A stretch of 61,464 nucleotides of DNA, filler included. It is 5 parts of 5 records of this genome, joined end to end, with 100 filler letters (N's around TTAATTAATTAA, not from the genome) between each part and the next. Parts side by side here need not be neighbours in the genome. Positions count along the whole stretch, not along the records: positions 17,187 to 29,997 come from SRR2962707_1655; 4 more parts are not named here. One strand, given 5' to 3'. A model generated the notes under the pieces. It did not search any database. It worked only from the letters and a program-made list of their open reading frames with translations, and had not been told where the DNA came from. Shown here one piece after another: positions 19,868 to 28,020 of the stretch; position 1 is the first letter of the stretch, and each line of letters begins with the position of its first letter. The translations under genes were made by a program, and so were the position numbers.

Positions 19868-20287
19868 TCAGCCTTTGGCCACCACCGCCTTGGTTACCGA
19901 GCCGGTGGCAATCAGCTTTTCGGTGCCGTCCGCGGCCTGGAAGAAGGCTTCGCCACGCATCGACGCCAGGGTACGGCCGAGCCGGTCCACACGCGTGCGG
20001 ATCACGATCCTTCCTTCGCCGCTGGCGCCGCGCAGCAAGCTGGTATGGGTCTCGATGGATACCGCGTAGCGGTCCTCCGGCAACACCGAAAGCAGGGCGA
20101 GAAAACTGGCTACGTCAAAAAAGGCGTAGAGTATGCCGCCGTGCAGATCGCCGGTGGGGCCCAGCGTGAATTCATTCAGCTCCAGGGTGACCTCGCTCTC
20201 GCCATCGGCGCTGCGCACCAGGTTCAGGCCGCAGGCGCGGTGCAGAGGGCGGGCCAGGATAGTATCAATCAGGGTGCTTGTGTCCAT
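19868..20287 (-). CDS. PaaI family thioesterase
   Basis: LHGGILYAFFD hotdog motif; 139 aa. Confidence 0.85.
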   Translation of the reverse strand: MDTSTLIDTILARPLHRACGLNLVRSADGESEVTLELNEFTLGPTGDLHGGILYAFFDVASFLALLSVLPEDRYAVSIETHTSLLRGASGEGRIVIRTRVDRLGRTLASMRGEAFFQAADGTEKLIATGSVTKAVVAKG

Positions 20288-20453
20288 GGTGACGGTGACC
20301 TCTCAGGCTCTCAACATGGCGGCTCACTATGCCGTGCCGGAAGGAAACTGCAAGAGGGCCAGGGAACTTGTCATGGTACACCGGTTCCAAGCATACTCAG
20401 GCGCGACCGCGCCTCGTGCGTGAATCGTGTTTCTTTGCCGGTATGGATCCACC

Positions 20454-20771
20454 ATGGTACTTCGACGTTATATGGCTTTGCTGCTGCTGTGCGTGACCAG
20501 CTTTCATGTGTTGGTGACGGACGTGGCCAGTCATGAGCGGGTGCCAGTGACGGACGGCCAAGAACTGACCGCGGCCCTGGATCAACCGGACCAGAATGCC
20601 GGCGCCGAGCACCATGGTGGCGCCCAGCACTGCTGTCAGTGTCACGGCTTCATGGCCTCCCCCGCCGTCGAGCAGAGCGCCGGGGCGCCCTTGCCGGTAC
20701 TGGCGGACAGCCGGGTACCTGCTCTGCCGGTGCCGCCCCCTTCCTCACCGTACCGGCCTCCCATCGTCTGA
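20454..20771 (+). CDS. Small Cys/His protein, CzcI/DUF2946-like putative leader
   Basis: Hydrophobic N-terminus, HHGGAQHCCQCHG, Pro-rich C-terminus PPPSSPYRPPIV; sits just upstream of the RND operon; start uncertain. Confidence 0.65.
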   Translation: MVLRRYMALLLLCVTSFHVLVTDVASHERVPVTDGQELTAALDQPDQNAGAEHHGGAQHCCQCHGFMASPAVEQSAGAPLPVLADSRVPALPVPPPSSPYRPPIV

Positions 20772-20883
20772 CTCCTGACATCGCTTTTGTCCACGGGAAC
20801 CGCTGCCGGCGTTAAGCCGGAGGCTGCCCGTGTCCATTGATTCGGGCCCGCGAACCGATTCCGGCGGGCCCTGATTCGGAGTC

Positions 20884-22158
20884 ATGATGATGCCTATCCT
20901 TTCTGCAAGGGCGCGGCCTCTGCGCGCCATGGGCGTTGCCTGCCTGGCGGTGCTGCTGGTGGCGCCCGCTGCCGCGGATACCCGCACCTGGGCGCGCTGG
21001 GTCAACCGCGAGATGGCGGAGCTGCCCGCCAGCCGCGCCATTGAAGCTCGCCTGCAGCGTGATCGGGCCGAGGCCCGCGCCCAGTCGCAGCCTCTGTACA
21101 ACCCGGAACTGAATATCGGCTACGAAAACAGCGCCGAAACCACCCGCACCGTCGGTTTGGGGCAGACCCTGGACTGGTCCGGTAAGGGGCGCAGTAGTGC
21201 CCGCCTTGGTGACGTGCAGGCGCAGCTTGCGGAAGTCCGCGCCGAAAAGGCGCGGGCACGATTGGCGGTGGATGTGCTTTCCGCTTTGGCCGCCTATGAC
21301 GCCGCCCAGGCCCGCCTGCAAGGCGTCCGCGAGCAGGAGCAGCGCCTGTCGGATCTGCTGGCGCTGGTACGCAAGCGCGAGCGCGCCGGTGATCTGGGGC
21401 GGATGAGCGCGCAGTTGTCGTATCTGGCCCTGGGCCGGACCCAGCAAGCTCTGGCCGACGCGGAAAGTGAAGCCACCGCCGCCGAGACCCGCTTGCGCGC
21501 CGTATTCAACCAGAACGTGCCGGACTACCCGTTGCCGGATGCCGGGCTATGGGAGGCGGACGGTTCCGTGGTGATGGATGCCGGCCGTGCGAAGGACAGT
21601 TATGACCTGCGTCTGGCTCGTCTGCAAGTGATGGCGGCGGAACGCCAAGTGGAACTGGCCGGCAAGCAACGCCGCACTGATCCCACTCTCGGTGTCACCG
21701 TCGGCCGGGAAGGTGAGGACAATCTGTGGGGGCTGGATTTCAGCCTGCCACTGCCGCTGTTCAATACCGGCAAGGCGGAGTACCAGGCGGCGCTGGCTGA
21801 CGGCGACGCGCAACAGGCCCTGCTGGATCAGCAGCAGCGGGCGTTGAGCGCCGAAGTCGAAGGCGCGCTGATTGATTACCGGCAACGCCGCGCCCGCTGG
21901 TTGTCCTGGCGGGAACTGTCCGGCACTCGCCTGGCGGATTCCGCCGACTTGTTGCAGCGCACCTGGCAACTGGGAGAAATCACCACCCAGGACTATCTGC
22001 AAGGCCTCAACCAGCGTCAGGACGCGCTATTGGCCGGCATCGCTCTGCGCGAGTCGATGCAAAAGGCGTGGCTGGAATGGCTTTATCAAAGCGCGCAATT
22101 GGATAGCTGGATCGAGATGTTGGCCGCCGGTAACCGGGGGCAGGGAGGACAATCATGA
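20884..22158 (+). CDS. TolC-family outer membrane factor (CzcC-like)
   Basis: Signal peptide, YNPEL, SLPLPLFN, coiled-coil repeats; first gene of a CBA operon. Confidence 0.9.
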   Translation: MMMPILSARARPLRAMGVACLAVLLVAPAAADTRTWARWVNREMAELPASRAIEARLQRDRAEARAQSQPLYNPELNIGYENSAETTRTVGLGQTLDWSGKGRSSARLGDVQAQLAEVRAEKARARLAVDVLSALAAYDAAQARLQGVREQEQRLSDLLALVRKRERAGDLGRMSAQLSYLALGRTQQALADAESEATAAETRLRAVFNQNVPDYPLPDAGLWEADGSVVMDAGRAKDSYDLRLARLQVMAAERQVELAGKQRRTDPTLGVTVGREGEDNLWGLDFSLPLPLFNTGKAEYQAALADGDAQQALLDQQQRALSAEVEGALIDYRQRRARWLSWRELSGTRLADSADLLQRTWQLGEITTQDYLQGLNQRQDALLAGIALRESMQKAWLEWLYQSAQLDSWIEMLAAGNRGQGGQS

Positions 22159-23324
22159 AAAATGTGATCACGAGAAAAAGAGTGGGACTTTGCCTGTTGC
22201 TGCTGGCCTTTTCGTCGGTTTGGGCGGATCAAGGCGAAGGGCATGACGATGGTGCCGGTGCCGCCGAGCATGAGCATGGCCAGGAAGAGTCCGCCGGCGA
22301 AGCAAATGGGCATGGTGATGATCTGACGCTGACCGAGGCGCAGCGGCGCATGCTCGGGCTGCAAGTGATCACCCTGCAACCTGCCGCCAGCGCGACCCGT
22401 TCGCTGCGTTTGCCGGCGGAAATCACCAGTAATCTGTATCGCACCTGGGAAGTACCGGTGCGGGTGGATTCCCAGGTGCTGTCGCGCTCCGCCACCCTGG
22501 GTCAGCACCTGGAGAAAGGCGACCCTGTCGCCACCCTGTTTAGCGCCGAGATGGCTACCCTGCAGGCCGAGCTGCGAGCGGTGTCCGACGAATGGCGCCG
22601 GGTTCGTAGTCTTGGCCGTGCCACGGTGGGCAATCAGCGTTACCTGGATGTACAGGGCCGTTACCAGGACCTGAAGGCACGGGGGCGTGGTTACGGGCTT
22701 GCCGATGCGGATCTGGCGGACATCGAGAAGGGTAAAGGAGACGCCGGTGTTTATACGTTGCGTGCACCGGATGCCGGGCTGGTTCTCAGCGATGCCTTCC
22801 AGCAAGGCCAGTGGCTCGCCGCCGGCAGTCCGCTGATTACGCTGGTGGACGAGGCTGAATTGTGGGCGGAAGCGGCGTTGCCGCCGCAGCCGGGGCTCAG
22901 AGTCGATACCGGTACGCCGGCCCGGGTACGAGTCGGTGAGACCCTGGTGGACGGCGAGGTGATTCTCTCCGGTCACCGGCTCGATCCCGTGACCCGAACC
23001 ATGGAAGTCCGTATTCGCGTTCCCAACGAAAACCATCTGCTCCATCCGGGGATGTTCGCTGATGTGGAATTGGTACTGCCGCTATCGGACAACGCCTTGG
23101 TGGTGCCGGAGGAGGCCCTGACCCGTGGTGGCGATGGCGACTGGCAAGTCTTCGTGGAGGAGAAGCCGGGTATTTACGAGGCCCGTGAAGTCACTCCGGG
23201 ACAAGCGCTGGAAGGGGCCCGTGTGGTCGAGGGGCTGCCGGCGGGCACCAGGATCGTTACCCGGGGGGCCTTCTTCCTCGCCAGCGAACAGGCCAAATCA
23301 GGCTTCGATGTGCACGCCCACTAA
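22155..23324 (+). CDS. RND periplasmic adaptor (CzcB/CusB-like), His-rich N-terminus
   Basis: EHEHGQEE..HG, LRAPDAG, LDPVTRT, LHPGMF, C-terminal DVHAH; ATGA overlap. Confidence 0.92.
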   Translation: MKNVITRKRVGLCLLLLAFSSVWADQGEGHDDGAGAAEHEHGQEESAGEANGHGDDLTLTEAQRRMLGLQVITLQPAASATRSLRLPAEITSNLYRTWEVPVRVDSQVLSRSATLGQHLEKGDPVATLFSAEMATLQAELRAVSDEWRRVRSLGRATVGNQRYLDVQGRYQDLKARGRGYGLADADLADIEKGKGDAGVYTLRAPDAGLVLSDAFQQGQWLAAGSPLITLVDEAELWAEAALPPQPGLRVDTGTPARVRVGETLVDGEVILSGHRLDPVTRTMEVRIRVPNENHLLHPGMFADVELVLPLSDNALVVPEEALTRGGDGDWQVFVEEKPGIYEAREVTPGQALEGARVVEGLPAGTRIVTRGAFFLASEQAKSGFDVHAH

Positions 23325-23351
23325 CGGCCGCTCGGATCCAGCAAGGAGAAC

Positions 23352-26300
23352 ATGATGTTGAATCGCTGTATCGACTGGGCGGTGAACAACCGCCTGGTGG
23401 TGCTGCTTCTGCTGGTGATCACCGTGGGGGTGATTGCCTGGCAAATGCCGCGCCTGAAACTGGATGCCTTTCCCGACGTCACCAATGTGCAGGTGCAAGT
23501 GAACACCGAGGCCCCCGGGTTGGCGGCGGAGGAGGTGGAACAACTGATCAGCTATCCGATTGAAGCGGTGATGTATGCATTGCCACAGGTGGCGGAAGTC
23601 CGCTCGATCTCCAAGACCGGCTTGTCCATTGTCACCGTGGTGTTCGAGGACGGCACCGACATCTACTTCGCCCGGCAACTGGTCTTCGAGCGCTTGCAGG
23701 CGGCGCGGGAAGATATTCCCGAAGGTGTGGGCACTCCGGAAATGGGCCCGAATACCTCCGGCCTCGGGCAGGTTTACCAATACCTGCTCACCGCTGAACC
23801 CGGCTCCGGTGTAGATGCCATGCAACTGCGCAGTCTTAACGACTGGGTGGTGAAACTGCTGCTGATGCCGGTGGGCGGCGTCACCGACGTGCTCAGTTAC
23901 GGGGGCGAAGTGCGGCAGTATCAGGTCAACGTCAATCCGTCCCGCCTGCTGGCCTACGATCTGACGTTGCAACAGGTGATGGATGCCATCGCCGGCAATA
24001 ATCGTAATGCCGGTGGCTGGTACCTGGATCGCGGCACCGAGCAATTGGTGATCCGTGGCATGGGCTGGGTCGGTAACGGCGAGCAGGGGCTCCGGGACAT
24101 CGCCGCCATTCCTCTCAGGGAAGTCAACGGCACCCAGGTTCGGGTGCGTGATGTGGCACGGGTGGAATTCGGCGGTGAGATCCGCCAGGGGGCCTTGACC
24201 ATGACCCGCCGCGATGCCGAGGGAAACCCGGAATTTCTCGGTGAAGTGGTGGCGGGCATCGTCCTCAAACGCATGGGCGCCAACACCAAGGCCACCATTG
24301 ATGGCATCGAAGAAAGGGTGGAACGCATTCAGCAGGCGTTGCCGGACGGGGTGCGCTTCGAGGTGTTCTACGATCAGGCGGATCTGGTGGAAAAGGCGGT
24401 GAGCACGGTGGTCAGCGCGTTGCTGCTGGCGTTCCTGTTTATCGTCATCGTTCTGGCTCTGTTTTTGATGAACCTGCGGGCCACCGTGCTGGTGCTGTTG
24501 TCGATTCCCCTGTCCATTGGCCTTGCGCTGCTGGTGATGGCGAGCCTGGGGATGTCCGCCAATCTGATGTCCCTGGGCGGCCTGGCGGTGGCCATCGGCA
24601 TGCTGGTGGACGGTTCGGTAGTGATGGTGGAAAACATCTTCAAGCACCTGAGCCGCGGGGAAGGCGCTGATGACCCGGCCGGTGGCATTGCGTTGCGGGT
24701 CAAGGACGCGGCCCAGGAAGTGGCCCGGCCGGTGTTTTTCGCCGCCAGCATTATTCTGGTGGTGTTCATGCCGTTGTTCGCTTTCGAAGGCGTTGAAGCG
24801 AAGATGTTCGTGCCCATGGCGATCAGCATCATGCTGGCCATGGCCGCCGCCGTGCTGGTGGCGTTGATCGTGGTGCCTTCGCTGGCGTCTTTCCTGTTCC
24901 GGCATGGTGTGGAAGAAAAACCCAATAAATTGGTCGGCTGGCTGGAAGTTCGCTATCGCGCGCTACTGGCGAGGGCGCTGGCCGCGCGCAAGGCAGTGAT
25001 CGGCGGCGCGGTTGGCCTGTTGGTATTGGCGGCGGCCACGGTGCCGTTTATCGGTACCGAGTTCGTGCCGGTATTGGAGGAAGGCACTCTGGCATTACGG
25101 GTCACGCTGGCGCCGTCTTCCAGCCTGGATACGGCGCTGGAAGTGGGAGAAAAACTGGAACGGGAAATCATGACCTTTCCGGAAGTGACCTACGCGCTGA
25201 GCCGGGTTGGCCGAGCGGAGATCGGCGGTGATCCGGAACCGGTAAGCAATGTGGAGATTTATATCGGCCTGAAACCGGTGGACGAATGGACCAGCGCCGG
25301 CAATCGGCTGGAACTGCAGGAAAAAATCGAGAAGAAACTGCAGGTTCATCCCGGCCTGTTGCTCAACTTCTCGCAACCCATCGCCATGCGCGTTGACGAA
25401 TTGCTGTCCGGTGTCAAAGCGCAATTGGCGATTAAGCTGTTTGGCCCGGATCTGAACGTATTGCAGGAGAAAGGCGATGCCATCACCCGGGCGGTACGGC
25501 AGGTCGAGGGCGCCACGGATGTGCAGTTGGAGCAGATCGCCGGAGAAGCGCAGCTGGTGGTGGAGCCTGACCGCAATGCACTGAGCCGCTATGGGCTCAG
25601 CGTTGATCAGGTGATGAGCCTGGTCAGCAACGGACTCGGCGGCGGTGCCGCCGGACAGGTGATCAACGGCAATGAACGCTACGATATCTATGTGCGTTTC
25701 GAACAGGATGCCCGCCGCGATGCGGAAGCCATCCGTAACCTGCGCCTGCAGGCCGCCAATGGCGCTTGGGTACGCCTGGCCGACGTGGCGCGGGTGGAGC
25801 TGGTCACCGGGCCGCCGCAGATCAGCCGCGATGATGTGCAGAGGAGAGTGGTGATCCAGGCCAATGTGGCTGGCCGTGACATGGGCTCGGTGGTGGCCGA
25901 TATCCGCAGGGCAATCGCTACCGAAGTGGATCTGCCCGCTGGCTACAACGTCGATATCGGCGGTCAGTACGAGAACCAGCAAAGGGCGCAGCAACGACTG
26001 TCCATGGTGGTCCCGGTGGCCGTGGGCCTGATCGCTCTGTTGCTGTACTTCGCTTTCGGTTCCGTCGCTCAGGCGCTGTTGATCCTGGTCAATGTGCCAT
26101 TGGCGTTGATCGGCGGCATCCTCTCCCTGGCGATCAGTGGACAATACCTGTCGGTGCCGAGCTCGGTGGGCTTCATCACTCTGTTCGGGGTGGCGGTGCT
26201 TAATGGCGTGGTCATGGTGGAGGCGATCAACGCACGCCTGCGTGATGGTGAAAGCGTTGACCGGGCCGTCTTCGAAGGCGCGGTATCGCGGCTGCGTCCG

Positions 26301-26498
26301 GTCCTGATGACCGCGTTGACCTCCATGCTCGGGTTGATGCCGATGCTGTTGGCCACTGGCGTCGGCAGCGAAGTGCAGCGACCGCTGGCGGTTGTGATCG
26401 TCGGTGGTTTGATATCGGCGACGGGGCTGACGTTGCTGGTGTTGCCAAGTCTGTATCCGCTGTTCTCGAAGCGAAAAGTCGAAGAACTGCAACGTTAA
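23352..26498 (+). CDS. CusA/CzcA family heavy-metal efflux RND transporter
   Basis: LDAFPDVTNVQVQV, NLMSLGGLAVAIGMLVDGSVVMVEN, RLRPVLMTA, GSEVQRPLA; 1048 aa. Confidence 0.96.
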   Translation: MMLNRCIDWAVNNRLVVLLLLVITVGVIAWQMPRLKLDAFPDVTNVQVQVNTEAPGLAAEEVEQLISYPIEAVMYALPQVAEVRSISKTGLSIVTVVFEDGTDIYFARQLVFERLQAAREDIPEGVGTPEMGPNTSGLGQVYQYLLTAEPGSGVDAMQLRSLNDWVVKLLLMPVGGVTDVLSYGGEVRQYQVNVNPSRLLAYDLTLQQVMDAIAGNNRNAGGWYLDRGTEQLVIRGMGWVGNGEQGLRDIAAIPLREVNGTQVRVRDVARVEFGGEIRQGALTMTRRDAEGNPEFLGEVVAGIVLKRMGANTKATIDGIEERVERIQQALPDGVRFEVFYDQADLVEKAVSTVVSALLLAFLFIVIVLALFLMNLRATVLVLLSIPLSIGLALLVMASLGMSANLMSLGGLAVAIGMLVDGSVVMVENIFKHLSRGEGADDPAGGIALRVKDAAQEVARPVFFAASIILVVFMPLFAFEGVEAKMFVPMAISIMLAMAAAVLVALIVVPSLASFLFRHGVEEKPNKLVGWLEVRYRALLARALAARKAVIGGAVGLLVLAAATVPFIGTEFVPVLEEGTLALRVTLAPSSSLDTALEVGEKLEREIMTFPEVTYALSRVGRAEIGGDPEPVSNVEIYIGLKPVDEWTSAGNRLELQEKIEKKLQVHPGLLLNFSQPIAMRVDELLSGVKAQLAIKLFGPDLNVLQEKGDAITRAVRQVEGATDVQLEQIAGEAQLVVEPDRNALSRYGLSVDQVMSLVSNGLGGGAAGQVINGNERYDIYVRFEQDARRDAEAIRNLRLQAANGAWVRLADVARVELVTGPPQISRDDVQRRVVIQANVAGRDMGSVVADIRRAIATEVDLPAGYNVDIGGQYENQQRAQQRLSMVVPVAVGLIALLLYFAFGSVAQALLILVNVPLALIGGILSLAISGQYLSVPSSVGFITLFGVAVLNGVVMVEAINARLRDGESVDRAVFEGAVSRLRPVLMTALTSMLGLMPMLLATGVGSEVQRPLAVVIVGGLISATGLTLLVLPSLYPLFSKRKVEELQR

Positions 26499-26502
26499 CC
26501 GG

Positions 26503-26534
26503 AAGCCTCGGCATCTCGTGCCGAGGCTTTTTTT
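26503..26534 (+). terminator. Intrinsic terminator after the RND gene
   Basis: AAGCCTCGGCA-TCTCG-TGCCGAGGCTT followed by TTTTT. Confidence 0.88.
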
Positions 26535-26548
26535 ATGAGGAATGTCTA

Positions 26549-27289
26549 ATGCTTTATGAGACGCTTTGCGAGCAGGGCGAACGCGCCTTCCGATGGCGCG
26601 GTGCGGCGCCAGCTCTTCTGTTGGTGCCGGCGGTGTTGCTCACGCTGTTTGATACTCGCTATCTGTTCAACGACCATGATCTGGACCAGCTCTGGGACTG
26701 CTTTGCCTTGCTGTTGATGCTGGCCGGTCTCGGCATACGGGTCTGGACCACGGGGCATACACCCCGCCGCAGCTCCGGTCGCAATACCAAAGGTCAGGTG
26801 GCCGACACACTCAATACCTCCGGCGCGTACTCGCTGGTTAGGAATCCCCTTTATGTCGGCAATTTTATCGGTGGTTTGGGGGCAGTGCTGTTACTGCATT
26901 CGTTTGGGTTGACGTTGTACTACGTGCTGGCGTTCGCAATCTACTTCGAGAGAGTGGTGTTGGCGGAAGAACGTTTCCTGACTGCGCGGTTTGGTGACGC
27001 CTATACGCGTTGGGCGCGAAAGACACCGGCCTTCCTGCCGGAATTTTCCGGTTACCTCCCCGCTGTCTTGCCATTCTCGTGGCGGGCGGTGGTTCGGCGG
27101 GAATACCTCACCGTGTTCATGGCCGTGTTTATCATCTTCATTATCGAGGTGGGTGAGGATACGGTTAATCAAGGGACTGTGGTGATCGACCAGCACTGGC
27201 TTTTGATCGCGGCGATCAATAGCGTACTGTTCATGGCGATTCGCTGGATTCGCAAGCGGACCCGATGGCTGTCGGCACAAGGGCGGTAG
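26549..27289 (+). CDS. ICMT/PEMT-family membrane methyltransferase, LmtA-like (lipid A 1-phosphate methyltransferase)
   Basis: FRWR N-terminus, SGRNTKGQVADTLNTSGAYSLVRNPLYVGN, EERFL..RFG.AY..W...TPAF, FSWRAVVRREY. Confidence 0.75.
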   Translation: MLYETLCEQGERAFRWRGAAPALLLVPAVLLTLFDTRYLFNDHDLDQLWDCFALLLMLAGLGIRVWTTGHTPRRSSGRNTKGQVADTLNTSGAYSLVRNPLYVGNFIGGLGAVLLLHSFGLTLYYVLAFAIYFERVVLAEERFLTARFGDAYTRWARKTPAFLPEFSGYLPAVLPFSWRAVVRREYLTVFMAVFIIFIIEVGEDTVNQGTVVIDQHWLLIAAINSVLFMAIRWIRKRTRWLSAQGR

Positions 27290-27316
27290 CGTTGAACAAA
27301 GACGGCCTCCATGTCA

Positions 27317-27946
27317 TTAACTGCGTCCTCGCGGCTTCTCATCAAATGCAAGGCCTTGCAGCAGGGCTTCCAGCCTCGCGAATCCTTCCTCGCGGCTGAA
27401 CGGGGCTTCCCGGGGAGGGTCGTACACTTCCGGGTTGGTACCCTGGAGGACCAGATCAATGGCGTAACAGGTGCCATGGTGTACGGCACGATAGGCGCGC
27501 AGATTTTGAAAGTGGTTCATGGCGGCGTCACCTCCCCGATAGGTGGTGAAGAGCGCGCCGTCCAGCTCGGTGGTGCCGGTCTTGCTTGATGTCGCCAGGG
27601 GGCCGGGCCGGGTGCAACGTTCCAGCTGGCCCGGATCCCGGCTGACACCGAGGCGCAGCTCGCCAGTGAGGATCTCATCGGAGTCGTTAAGGCGCAATAC
27701 CAGCAACCGATCGCCAGGGGCATCCGTTTCGGCATCCAGCCGCCAGGCCGGGTCGCCGAAATAACCGCTGGTCTCCGTTACGGCGTGGGCCTGGTGGTTG
27801 TCATAGGCCAGGCCGATGCCGTACTCGTCGCTGTGAAAAGCGTTGGGAGACGCCTGGTCGCCGGTTTCTCCGGTGCTGTTGTCACAGCCGGCGAGAATAA
27901 GCAGCGCGAATAAGAGGGGGGTGGCTACCCGCCTGATCTTGTCCAT
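27317..27946 (-). CDS. Hypothetical lipoprotein
   Basis: Basic-hydrophobic signal with LAGC lipobox; two further Cys. Confidence 0.75.
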   Translation of the reverse strand: MDKIRRVATPLLFALLILAGCDNSTGETGDQASPNAFHSDEYGIGLAYDNHQAHAVTETSGYFGDPAWRLDAETDAPGDRLLVLRLNDSDEILTGELRLGVSRDPGQLERCTRPGPLATSSKTGTTELDGALFTTYRGGDAAMNHFQNLRAYRAVHHGTCYAIDLVLQGTNPEVYDPPREAPFSREEGFARLEALLQGLAFDEKPRGRS

Positions 27947-28020
27947 GTCATTTCCCTTCTTGATGTGCTGGCCCATGTCAGTATGTGGTGCCCGGTTTGC
28001 CGGTGTGCCCCAAGCGGCGA

